Shown here: positions 27,494 to 36,105 of the stretch, piece by piece
Layout: each line of letters opens with the position of its first letter
Numbering within the stretch: the first letter of the stretch is position 1
Assembly (NCBI GenBank): GCA_038997355.1
Contig: JAWBAC010000001.1
Location: 4,820-68,819 of the forward strand
Origin: Candidatus Aenigmatarchaeota archaeon
GTDB taxonomy: Archaea; Aenigmatarchaeota; Aenigmatarchaeia; CG10238-14; SpSt-28
Length of the DNA stretch: 64,000 nt
Direction of reading: 5' to 3'
The notes under the pieces: generated by a model
Databases searched by the model: none
Told to the model about the DNA's origin: nothing
What the model saw: only the letters and a program-made list of their open reading frames with translations
Made by a program: the position numbers and the translations under genes

Positions 27494-27593
27494 AGCCGGG
27501 GCCGGGATTCGAACCCGGGATCTGCGGGTTTCTATCGATCATTTTTCACAAAACCCTGCAGCCCGCCGCGTGAAGCCACTCCGCCACCCCGGC
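27494..27593 (-). tRNA. tRNA-Cys (anticodon GCA) with ~26-nt intron
   Basis: Reverse complement: GCCGGGG acceptor. Anticodon stem GCGGG/CCCGC. Loop CTGCAG|intron|A. T-loop TTCGAAT. Discriminator U73 typical of tRNA-Cys. Confidence 0.8.
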
Positions 27594-27621
27594 ATGAATA
27601 AATAATAGATTTCAAAAATAA

Positions 27622-28590
27622 TTATTTTCTAATTCTTTCAAGGAATTTTTCAAAACTTTCTTCGATATATTTTTTCTCTAATAGTTTTTTAGTATCTAAA
27701 TAAGAGTGATAAAAAGAATAGAAGTCTTTAATATTATTTTCGCTAATACTAGAAAAAACAACAATTTTCTTTTCATATTTTTCGAAATTTTTTATTGGAA
27801 ACGCTTCCATCTTTAGGTTTTTATCACTGTCTATAAATATTGGTTTGTCAAATCCGATACAATCTACTACAATAATTTCTTTAACTTCTTTGAACAAATA
27901 TTCAAATTCTTTTTCAAAGATTCTATATCCATAACCCCAATATGGTTTTTCAAATGAAAGTTCTTCAGAACCACAAATTAAAAAGAGATTTTCTTCTTTC
28001 AAATATTTGCTATTTGTTATGAGACTTAATAAGAACGCTGTCCCACTAGAATTGTCTATTGCGCCGTTTAGAACTGTATCATAATGAGCAAAAATTAGCC
28101 TCTTCGAAGTCTTTATGTTACCAACAATAATATTATATCCAGTAAATTTTTCTTTTTTTATTTTAACTTTGCCATATATTTCGTCAGCTTTTAAGACTTT
28201 TTGAACATCATTTCTGCTTATTGTTAAAGAAGCAACATAATAAAAAGTCGCTAAAGAGATAGCTTTAGAATATGGATTAAAAGCAATGTTTGGCTCGCTA
28301 AAATTTTCTCTTATTAGAATATTAGGAATCAAATTTTTATCCCTAATTTTTCCGCTAACAAAGGAAGATGGTAAAGATTTAATTTCGACGCCATCACATA
28401 TTAATTTACTCTTTCCGTTTGGAACTTGATTTTTAAATTTTTGAATTTCATAACTTATGCCTTTTTCTTCTAGGAAAGACATTATGAAGTTTGCAGCTAA
28501 TTTTTCTCTTTTACCTCTTATAGGATAAAATTTTTCTAACTCTTTTATTGCATGTTGAAAGTTTATAAAAAAATTGCTTAAAGGGCTCAT
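27622..28590 (-). CDS. M28-family metallo-aminopeptidase
   Basis: 322 aa. AHYDTVLNGAIDNSSGTAFLLSL matches the M28 zinc-ligand region (HYDSV..GA.DN.SG). Confidence 0.6.
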   Translation of the reverse strand: MSPLSNFFINFQHAIKELEKFYPIRGKREKLAANFIMSFLEEKGISYEIQKFKNQVPNGKSKLICDGVEIKSLPSSFVSGKIRDKNLIPNILIRENFSEPNIAFNPYSKAISLATFYYVASLTISRNDVQKVLKADEIYGKVKIKKEKFTGYNIIVGNIKTSKRLIFAHYDTVLNGAIDNSSGTAFLLSLITNSKYLKEENLFLICGSEELSFEKPYWGYGYRIFEKEFEYLFKEVKEIIVVDCIGFDKPIFIDSDKNLKMEAFPIKNFEKYEKKIVVFSSISENNIKDFYSFYHSYLDTKKLLEKKYIEESFEKFLERIRK

Positions 28591-28593
28591 AAT

Positions 28594-29580
28594 CTATAGA
28601 TGTTCATTCAAGTATTTAAGAGTGATTTCTGCAATTGTTCTTTGAACTTCATTTATTTTTAAATCCTCCCTACTTTTTCCGATTTTTTCAATTTCATTTA
28701 TTGCTTTCTCTACTATTTCTTCAAATACGATAGGAGAAAAAGAAATTCTATAGAAATTTTTCGGATTCCCTCCAATCTTTTTTATTATATCGCTATATTT
28801 AGTTATTTCTTCAGCTAAAGGATAATTAATCCTAATAATGGGTAACTCTCTATCAAAAGAACAATATCTAATAAAACCCATCTTTTCTCTTATGAAATTC
28901 TCGTCAACAATATCAAAATTTTCAAATAAGTATTTTGCTAACATTATTCCTCTTGATTCGCCACAATGTCCTAAAACATAAAGAGGATAATAATCTTTTG
29001 ATAGAGGCCTCCAATTATTCTTCTCTTTAATACTTTCTATTATTTTCTCGATACTATTAACTAAATAACTTTTTCCTGTTTTTTCATCTATCAGGTATAT
29101 TGATGTTGGAATATATCTATACTTTTCTAGTATTCTAAACATATCTCTCATTAAGTTGCTAACATCATAAATTTTTAAATTAATCTTGTTTGAGGAAAAC
29201 AATTCTTTAATAATAAATTCCTGAATAGGTGTTCCATCTATTTTTAGATTTCTAATCGTTATTCCATCAAGCGAATTAGTATTTAGGTTACTTTTTATTT
29301 TTCTTTCAAAGTTAAAAAATTTTACTTTCAATTTTTTTGTTTTCTCATCCAAAAACATGTAAATAGGGTTAACTGCATTTATAATATCACTATTCTTAGA
29401 ACTGTATGGCAAATCTGCAAAGTAAAATAAATAGAGCTCATTATTTTTATTGTTATTCTCATCTATAATTTTTTCTAGAACAAATGTTTGCAAAACTTCG
29501 TAATTCAGAATATGAATTTGTCTATGTAAACCTAATGATTGTAATTTAGATGTTAAATCTTCTAATTCTTTCAAAGTCAA
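28594..29580 (-). CDS. hypothetical protein
   Basis: 328 aa. The tracked start is a TTG codon. The frame stays open upstream without ATG. No motif recognised (LYVLGHCGESRG noted). Confidence 0.35.
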   Translation of the reverse strand: MTLKELEDLTSKLQSLGLHRQIHILNYEVLQTFVLEKIIDENNNKNNELYLFYFADLPYSSKNSDIINAVNPIYMFLDEKTKKLKVKFFNFERKIKSNLNTNSLDGITIRNLKIDGTPIQEFIIKELFSSNKINLKIYDVSNLMRDMFRILEKYRYIPTSIYLIDEKTGKSYLVNSIEKIIESIKEKNNWRPLSKDYYPLYVLGHCGESRGIMLAKYLFENFDIVDENFIREKMGFIRYCSFDRELPIIRINYPLAEEITKYSDIIKKIGGNPKNFYRISFSPIVFEEIVEKAINEIEKIGKSREDLKINEVQRTIAEITLKYLNEHL

Positions 29581-29970
29581 TTCAACATTTTTCTCATCGA
29601 TATTATATAAAGATTTTAATGTTCTTTTTAAACATTCTCTCCATTCTTTGTCTTTTTTATCTCTTTCTTGTTTTAATTCTCTAAATGTTTTATCTGGATT
29701 TATGTATGGTATAAGAGGTACTGAAGTTGAGAATAATAATACTAAACTTTCATTGTGGGGGTCTTATGGTTTTATTACCACACCCCCAAAGAATAATCTA
29801 GAAAATACAAAAAACCAAAATGCAAAAAACATATACATAAAATAAGCTAATGAGATTTTTCTTTCGACAACATTCAAAATTTCGCTTTTATTCATAATTA
29901 CTTAATCTTTAATATATCGAAAAAAATTTATACCTTTCGTTTAATATTTTGATATTATCCTAAAATTTAT

Positions 29971-30738
29971 ATGATAGATGTTCATTGCCATTTAAGTATA
30001 AAAGAATTTAGAAATTCGAAAAATCCCTTAGTAGATAGAATAGATGAGTATAGAAAACATTTAAAGGCAATAATAGATTCTGCACCAACTTTTGAAGAAG
30101 CAAAAACATCTTTAGAACTTTCAGAAAAGTATAAAAATTTCGTTTTTAGCTCTTTAGGATTACATCCTGTTGATGCATTAAATTATACTGAAAAACAGAT
30201 AGAAGAATACTTAGAATTCATAAATGAAAATAGTAAAAAAATAGTTGCGATTGGCGAAATAGGTTTAGACTATTATTGGGTAAAAGAATCTCACAAAATC
30301 GAGAAACAAAAAGAAATTTTCAAAAGATTTATTGAAACAGCAAAAGATTTAAAAAAGCCAATAGTAATTCATGCAAGATTAGCTTTTGAAGATGCTTTAA
30401 AGATTTTGATTGATGAAGATGCAAAAAAAGCTTTATTTCACTTTTTCGATGGAAAAGTTAAAGTTGCGAAAGAAATAGTTAAAGAAGGATATCTAATAAG
30501 CATTAATAACCAAATATACAAAAATCCAGCGATTCAAAATGTTGCAAAAGAAATAGATTTGAATCATCTTGTTTGCGAAACAGATTCTCCATGGGCGGGC
30601 ATAGGAAAAGAAATTAATGAGCCAATAAATGTAAAAATTTGCATAGAAGAAATTGCAAGAATTAAAAACTTACCAAAAGAAGAAGTCGAAAAAATAACAG
30701 ATATGAATGCAATAAATTTTTTCGAATTAGAAATATGA
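29971..30738 (+). CDS. tatD: TatD-family metal-dependent hydrolase/DNase
   Basis: 255 aa. N-terminal MIDVHCHL. Internal IGEIGLDY and VIHAR blocks. Confidence 0.8.
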   Translation: MIDVHCHLSIKEFRNSKNPLVDRIDEYRKHLKAIIDSAPTFEEAKTSLELSEKYKNFVFSSLGLHPVDALNYTEKQIEEYLEFINENSKKIVAIGEIGLDYYWVKESHKIEKQKEIFKRFIETAKDLKKPIVIHARLAFEDALKILIDEDAKKALFHFFDGKVKVAKEIVKEGYLISINNQIYKNPAIQNVAKEIDLNHLVCETDSPWAGIGKEINEPINVKICIEEIARIKNLPKEEVEKITDMNAINFFELEI

Positions 30739-30995
30739 ATGAAAATCTAAAAGAAATTGCTAAAGCAGAAATAGATAAAATGGAAAAAGTTTTTGAGAAT
30801 TTAAAAATCATCGAAAATTCTGAAGTTATCGATTTGGCAAAAAGATATTTCGAAGATGCAAAATATTTTTTCGAAAAAGAAGATTACATAAGAGCCTTTG
30901 AAGCAATAGTTATTAGTTGGAGTTACATAGATGCTTGCCTACATTTTAAAAAAGTCGAAATTCCAGAAGATTTGAAAAAATATTTTACTGTTTGA
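30735..30995 (+). CDS. hypothetical small helical protein
   Basis: 86 aa, 4-nt overlap with TatD. No motif recognised. Confidence 0.3.
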   Translation: MNENLKEIAKAEIDKMEKVFENLKIIENSEVIDLAKRYFEDAKYFFEKEDYIRAFEAIVISWSYIDACLHFKKVEIPEDLKKYFTV

Positions 30996-31914
30996 ACTTT
31001 CTCATAAACTCTAAAACTTCATATTCTTTTGCTTCTACTACACTTCCAAAACTCATAACATTTAATGCAGCAACAGCAGATGCAAACTTTAAGGCTTGCT
31101 CAACATTCCTAAACCTAAAGTAATAATGAACGAAACCAGCAGTAAAGCTATCTCCAGCGCCTAATGTACTTACTACTTTAACATTAAAGGCTTTTTGTTT
31201 AATTCTAGAATTTAAATCATAATAAACAGAACCTTTTTTTCCTAAGGTTATTATTACTCTTTTAAAATGTTTTAACAAAACTTTTGCTGCTTTATTAATG
31301 TTTTTCGAATTTGTAATTTCTTTTGCTTCTTCATCATTCAAAATTATTAGTTCTGCGTTTTTAAAAATGTTTAACAATCTTTTCTCTTTTCTTATTACTG
31401 AAATGCTAGGATTAAAAACAAAGAATTTATTATATTTCTTAGAAAGTTCAAATAGCTTTTTATAAATTTCATAAGAATTTTTTCCACAACTAGTTGCTAT
31501 TATTACATCGCTATTTTTAACGAATTCTTCTTTAATATCATTAGCTTCTAAATTTTCCGAAGCACCTTTACTAGCTAGAACAATTTTTTCTCCATCTTTC
31601 ATTAAAATTACAGAAAATCCAGTAGATTCTTTATCATAAGAAATATAAGATTTTACATTGTGCTTTTTCAAAAAATCTAAAATATAATTTGCATACAAAT
31701 CTTTTCCAACTCTTGAAACTAAATAAACTTCGTTACCTAAATTAGATAAAGTGCATGCAACATTCAGTGCTGAACCACCAACTGAAAATTCTATTAACTC
31801 TAAATTATATTTACTACCTAAATTCAGAATCAATTTGCCTTTAGAAACCTTAACATTATCTTCGAATTTACAAACAATATCTATTAAAGCACTTCCAACA
31901 ACTAAAGCTCTCAT
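30985..31914 (-). CDS. PfkB-family carbohydrate kinase (ribokinase/phosphofructokinase-like)
   Basis: 309 aa. N-terminal VVGSALIDIV. C-terminal GAGDSFTAGF is the PfkB signature. Confidence 0.7.
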   Translation of the reverse strand: MRALVVGSALIDIVCKFEDNVKVSKGKLILNLGSKYNLELIEFSVGGSALNVACTLSNLGNEVYLVSRVGKDLYANYILDFLKKHNVKSYISYDKESTGFSVILMKDGEKIVLASKGASENLEANDIKEEFVKNSDVIIATSCGKNSYEIYKKLFELSKKYNKFFVFNPSISVIRKEKRLLNIFKNAELIILNDEEAKEITNSKNINKAAKVLLKHFKRVIITLGKKGSVYYDLNSRIKQKAFNVKVVSTLGAGDSFTAGFVHYYFRFRNVEQALKFASAVAALNVMSFGSVVEAKEYEVLEFMRKFKQ

Positions 31915-32558
31915 AAAATTTTATCGATTTCTCTCAAAAACTTTAGTTTATCTTTGAATTTTGCAAAGGCACTTGCTATTAAAACTCCTTTAGTTCCTAA
32001 ATCTTTTGCAATTTTCACATCTATAGCTTCAGAAATTCCTGCGCCGCAAATAGGAATACTTTTAACTATTTTAACGAATTCTTTAAGACTTTCTGCTTTA
32101 TACTTTGAAATTGCTTTTCCAGTTCCTATTAATTCTGGAACTTCGTATGCAATATAAATTGGATTTAGCTTATCTATGATTTTTGCTTCTTTTAAATCTT
32201 TAACGCAAACCATAGTTTCTAAACCAATTTTTTTAGAATAGTTAACAAACCTTGAAATATCTTCATAAGAAATTCTGTTTTCAAAATGATTCAAAAGAAT
32301 TCCATCAAATTTTAAATCTTTTAAATATTCTAAAGGAATGCTACCAGTAAAACTTCCATAAGTTTCTGCATATTTATTCAGCGAAGTATAAAGTTTCACA
32401 TACTTTCTTCTTAAATTAGCAACAAAACTAACATCTGCAGGATTTACTATTGCAATAACTTTTATGTTTTTGAATTTCTTATCTATTTTTTTAATAACTT
32501 TTCTTGCATTTTTACCAATTAACTCTTTGTATGCCTTAAAGTTCAAAGCTACAATCAT
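31911..32558 (-). CDS. tpiA: triosephosphate isomerase, archaeal short type
   Basis: 215 aa. MIVALNFKAY start. GSFTG. LNHFENR (NHSERR-like). AYEVPELIGTG (EPPELIG motif). GAGIS. Confidence 0.7.
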   Translation of the reverse strand: MIVALNFKAYKELIGKNARKVIKKIDKKFKNIKVIAIVNPADVSFVANLRRKYVKLYTSLNKYAETYGSFTGSIPLEYLKDLKFDGILLNHFENRISYEDISRFVNYSKKIGLETMVCVKDLKEAKIIDKLNPIYIAYEVPELIGTGKAISKYKAESLKEFVKIVKSIPICGAGISEAIDVKIAKDLGTKGVLIASAFAKFKDKLKFLREIDKIL

Positions 32559-32567
32559 AATTATTTT

Positions 32568-33398
32568 ATGTTCAAAGATTTACTAAAAGATAAAATTCCT
32601 AAAGATATACTAGAAAAAATTCCAAGAAGTTTTGATATTATTGGAAGTAAAGAAAAGGCTGTTGCAATAATTGATTGGGATGAAAGTTACGATAATTATA
32701 AGCAAGAAATTGCAAATGCAATAATGAAAGTCAATAAAAATATTAAAAGTGTTTTATTCAAAAAAAGTGCTAGAAAAGGTGAGTTTCGATTGTATGATTT
32801 CGAAATTGTTGGAGAAGAAAATACAGAAGTTATTCATAAAGAATTCGGATATTTATTAAAATTAGATCCAAGAAAAGTTTATTTTTCTCCAAGAGAGGCT
32901 ACAGAAAGGCAAAGAATAGCTTCTATGGTTAAAGAAAACGAAAAAATTTTATATTTGTTTAGTGGTATAGCTCCTTTTGCAATAGCGATAGCAAAAAGAA
33001 TTAAAAATGTAAAAATATATTGCGTAGAAATTAATAAAGTAGCGATTAAATATGCAGAAATAAATAAAAAATTAAACAAAGTCGAAAACAAAATATTTAA
33101 TATAATTTGTGACGTGAAAATTTTAAAACTTAAAGAAAAATTTGACAGAATATTAATAACATTGCCTTTATCGAAAGAAAACTTTTTGTTAAAAGCTTTG
33201 GACTTTGCAAAAGATGGAACAATAATCCACTATTATAATTGGGGTAAAGAAGAAAATCCATTTGAAAACGCAATGAATCATTTAGAAGAAGCTAAAAATA
33301 AGTTCAATATAAATTACGAGATATTAAACAAAACTATAGTTCTTCCATATGCTCCAAAAATATATAAGGTAAGGATGGATTTAAAGGTCTACTTCTGA
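32568..33398 (+). CDS. Trm5/Taw2-family tRNA methyltransferase (tRNA m1G37 / wyosine pathway class I MTase)
   Basis: 276 aa. FDIIGSKEKAVAII. KVYFSPREATERQR (Trm5 family YFSPRL.TER motif). Class I MTase fold. Confidence 0.6.
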   Translation: MFKDLLKDKIPKDILEKIPRSFDIIGSKEKAVAIIDWDESYDNYKQEIANAIMKVNKNIKSVLFKKSARKGEFRLYDFEIVGEENTEVIHKEFGYLLKLDPRKVYFSPREATERQRIASMVKENEKILYLFSGIAPFAIAIAKRIKNVKIYCVEINKVAIKYAEINKKLNKVENKIFNIICDVKILKLKEKFDRILITLPLSKENFLLKALDFAKDGTIIHYYNWGKEENPFENAMNHLEEAKNKFNINYEILNKTIVLPYAPKIYKVRMDLKVYF

Positions 33399-33400
33399 TT

Positions 33401-33540
33401 ATTTACTCCTCTTCTTCTTCAAATTCTTCCTCTTCTTCCCACTCTTCTTCAAAGTCTTCTTCGTCCCAGTCTTCTTCTTCCCACTCTTCCTCTTCCTCTC
33501 CTTCCTCCTCTTCTTCTTCTTCGTAGTATTTGAAGACCAT
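33401..33540 (-). other. 45-codon ATG-initiated micro-ORF: poly-Glu peptide with interspersed W/F, coincident with a ~135-nt polypyrimidine tract
   Basis: The minus strand reads MVFKYYEEEEEEEGEEEEEWEEEDWDEEDFEEEWEEEEEFEEEEE then stop. The plus strand is almost pure C/T over 33403-33537. Confidence 0.25.
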
Positions 33541-33607
33541 ACAAAGATATAAAAATTAAATATTTATATTTTTCTGTTTTTTATTGCATAAAAACATAAA
33601 TATTTTA

Positions 33608-33896
33608 GGGTGGGGCCTCCGGCGGGGGGCTGGGCCTCCCCTACGGCAGCTTTTTGCTGCCGTGGCAAAAGGTCCATAACGGCCGCCGTAGCTTAGGGAA
33701 GGTAGGATAGCTCAATAGGATCCAGCCTTAGGCTATGAAATAATCACTCCTGCAGGGCAGTCAGTACAGCGAACCTGGTGAGGCCCGAAAGGGAGCAGCC
33801 ATAAGCTGTGCTGGCTGCGTTTGCAGGAGTGATTATGAGCCGATGGCTGGGTTAATCCTATTGGGCTATCCTATCGACCCTAAGCGCGCCCCACCC
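33608..33896 (+). ncRNA. ffs: signal recognition particle RNA (7S/SRP RNA)
   Basis: ~289-nt GC-rich island. 5' GGGTGGGGC pairs with 3' GCCCCACCC. Contains the conserved helix-8 motif CCTGGTGAGGCCCGAAAGGGAGCAGCC and a helix-6-like hairpin CGGCAGCTTTTTGCTGCCG. AT-rich TATA-like element upstream. Confidence 0.8.
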
Positions 33897-33934
33897 TATT
33901 AATCTTTTAAAATAAAGTAAGTAATTATATTAGT

Positions 33935-34714
33935 ATGGCAAAAAGAAAAAAAGAAAATAATTTTAATGTATTAATATTAGCAGTGTTAGTTATAATAGTT
34001 GGAGTTGTTTCTATTTTCATTAACTTACAAAAGTACCTAGGAGAAACGAAAAAAATACAAAATGTAGAAAAACCAATTACACAATTTTTTTCTTCGTTTT
34101 CCTCTAATTATACGAGAGTAGAATTTCCTTTATTAGCTATAGATGAAAACGGAAACGGAGCAGTAACAAAACTAATAGTTGAAATAAAAAATGGCACTGG
34201 AAAAGTTTTAGTAAACATAGAAAATTTATTATTTTGGGTAGACACTCAAAATTCCATAAGAACTGCCAAAAATCTCGCAGAAAAAATAACAAAAATAAAT
34301 ACATCGAACTTAGATATAATATATACAATAGAAGTAAATGCATCCCTAGTTGGAGGACCTTCTGCAGGCGCAGCTATTACAATAGCTACTATAGCTGCGT
34401 TAACTCAAAAACAAGTTAATAAAGATGTAGTAATTACAGGCACTATAGATGAAAATGGAAATATTGGAGAAGTTGGTGGTATAAAAGAAAAATGTAAAGC
34501 AGCAAAAGATTACGGAGCAAAAATTTGTTTAGTTCCAAAAGGCCAATCAAAAGAAATTGAATTTATCCCAAAAAGAAGTTGTACTCAGATAGGAAATTTT
34601 GAAGTTTGTAGAATAACTTATGAAATAAAAGAAATAGATATTTCAAAAGAAATTGGAATTAGCGTAATAGAAGTTTCAAATATTTACGAAGCAATGAAAT
34701 ACTTTTTTGAATAA
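33935..34714 (+). CDS. membrane-anchored Lon-type (S16) peptidase domain protein without ATPase module
   Basis: 259 aa. N-terminal TM. VGGPSAGAAITIATIAAL (Lon catalytic Ser motif) and GGIKEKCKAAK (catalytic Lys region). Confidence 0.6.
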   Translation: MAKRKKENNFNVLILAVLVIIVGVVSIFINLQKYLGETKKIQNVEKPITQFFSSFSSNYTRVEFPLLAIDENGNGAVTKLIVEIKNGTGKVLVNIENLLFWVDTQNSIRTAKNLAEKITKINTSNLDIIYTIEVNASLVGGPSAGAAITIATIAALTQKQVNKDVVITGTIDENGNIGEVGGIKEKCKAAKDYGAKICLVPKGQSKEIEFIPKRSCTQIGNFEVCRITYEIKEIDISKEIGISVIEVSNIYEAMKYFFE

Positions 34715-35266
34715 ATGTTTGTGAGAAATATTATAAACATTTTTATAGCCTCTCTTTTTTGTGGAATCTCTTTTGGATACATTTTTTCTTTAAATTTTCT
34801 TAATTCGTTTCTTTTAGCATTTGGTATGTTGTTTATTTCCTTTTTAGTTTCATATTGGTATTCAGAGAAAAGTTATATTAAGCCTGTTTTCGATCTGTTT
34901 ATTCCTGGAATGATAATTTCGTTATTACTCATATTTTTTAAACTCCCAATATTTCCTATACTTTCTATTGCAGATGTTTATTATTATGCCAAAGCAAGAA
35001 AAATATTCGAAAGAAAAATTTCTTCTTTAGAAATAGGAAAAATAGCAAAAATTTTTCTTTTAATTTTATTTTTATTTAATATATTTGGTATTCTAATAAA
35101 AAATTTTTATATTTCTTTTCTTTCTTCCTTGCTAATACTTTCGTTTTTAATTCCTTACAAAAACTCTTTCGGTTCTATACTATTTTTTTATGATATTCAA
35201 TTTTTTGCTATTATACTAATATCTTCACTAATATTTTTATTTATCTCTTTCAGTTTTATGTTTTAA
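34715..35266 (+). CDS. hypothetical polytopic membrane protein
   Basis: 183 aa, highly hydrophobic. Starts at the stop of the Lon-domain gene. Confidence 0.35.
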   Translation: MFVRNIINIFIASLFCGISFGYIFSLNFLNSFLLAFGMLFISFLVSYWYSEKSYIKPVFDLFIPGMIISLLLIFFKLPIFPILSIADVYYYAKARKIFERKISSLEIGKIAKIFLLILFLFNIFGILIKNFYISFLSSLLILSFLIPYKNSFGSILFFYDIQFFAIILISSLIFLFISFSFMF

Positions 35267-35273
35267 AATTATT

Positions 35274-35684
35274 ATGGAAGCTTGGAAATTACATGCAATC
35301 TTACATATTATAATACCGATAATCGTATTTTCACTTTCTTTCATTTATATTCAAGAATTAAGTTTATTGGAAAGATTTATAGCAATATTTTTGGGTTCTT
35401 TAATTCCAGATATAGATCATCTAATTTATTTAAAATATATAAGATTTAGAAATTTTAAAGAATTTCTTTTGTTTAACATTAAAAGCGATAGATATAGAAG
35501 AGGGTTTTTACTATTTCACAATTTCATTTTTATATCCATTTTAGCAGTATCTATACCTATAATAATGTTTTTCAGCATTTTTTGGGCACTCTTCTTTTTA
35601 GCTTTTTTAATACATTTAATATTTGATTTTTTTGAAGATAGAATATTAATACGAGCTACTTCTTATTGGAAGTTTGGAAAATAA
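35274..35684 (+). CDS. membrane-bound metal-dependent hydrolase-like protein (DUF457/YdjM-like)
   Basis: 136 aa. HAILHIIIP...GSLIPDIDHL resembles the DUF457 His/Asp motif set. Confidence 0.4.
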   Translation: MEAWKLHAILHIIIPIIVFSLSFIYIQELSLLERFIAIFLGSLIPDIDHLIYLKYIRFRNFKEFLLFNIKSDRYRRGFLLFHNFIFISILAVSIPIIMFFSIFWALFFLAFLIHLIFDFFEDRILIRATSYWKFGK

Positions 35685-35755
35685 GGGCCCGTAGTCTAGC
35701 GGTAGGACGCCGCCCTCACGCGGCGGAGAGCTGGGTTCAATTCCCAGCGGGCCCA
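35685..35755 (+). tRNA. tRNA-Val (anticodon CAC)
   Basis: GGGCCCG/CGGGCCC acceptor. Anticodon stem CCGCC/GGCGG. Loop CTCACGC. T-loop TTCAATT. No intron. Confidence 0.85.
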
Positions 35756-35822
35756 ACAACTTTAATTTAATAATTTCAAATAGAATTGACTAACATTTTC
35801 GTATAATTTAAATCAAAAATTT

Positions 35823-35961
35823 CGCCGGGGGTGGGATTTGAACCCACGCGGGCTTATCGCCCAGCGGATTTCTTTCTCTTTTACTTTTTGCATCATTAAA
35901 TCAGCTTCACGCCAATCTATCACTCAAGTCCGCCGCCCTGGGCCAGCTAGGCGACCCCGGC
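35823..35961 (-). tRNA. tRNA-Ser (anticodon TGA) with ~53-nt intron and long variable arm
   Basis: Near-identical exons to the 17103..17241 gene. Anticodon stem GCGGA/TCCGC. Loop CTTGAG|intron|A. Variable arm TGGGCGATAAGCCCGCG. Confidence 0.75.
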
Positions 35962-35999
35962 ATATAATTAAGAGTTTTTTTTTGAAAAATAAAATTTTT

Positions 36000-36073
36000 T
36001 GGGGCCGCCGAGATTTGAACTCGGGCCACCGGCACCCCAAGCCGGCGTCGCTGCCAAGCTAGACTACGGCCCC
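36000..36073 (-). tRNA. tRNA-Pro (anticodon GGG)
   Basis: Reverse complement: GGGGCCG/CGGCCCC acceptor. Anticodon stem CCGGC/GCCGG. Loop TTGGGGT. T-loop TTCAAAT. Confidence 0.75.
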
Positions 36074-36105
36074 ATATAAAAATTTAAGTTTAGAAATTAC
36101 ATTTT

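Noticed and set aside
29648-29845. 65-aa plus-strand ORF in the 29.6-30.0 kb gap
   Set aside because: No start context. Spans the G5/C5 hairpin. Low-complexity translation. Not convincing.
33608-33896. RNase P RNA as an alternative identity of the GC-rich RNA
   Set aside because: No P4 pseudoknot or CR-I/CR-V motifs (AGGAAAGUCC, ACAGNRA). The SRP helix-8 motif and paired termini fit SRP RNA.
35838-36062. 74-aa plus-strand ORF
   Set aside because: Spans tRNA-Ser(TGA) and tRNA-Pro on the opposite strand. Its R/P-rich translation is typical of reading through GC-rich tRNA DNA.
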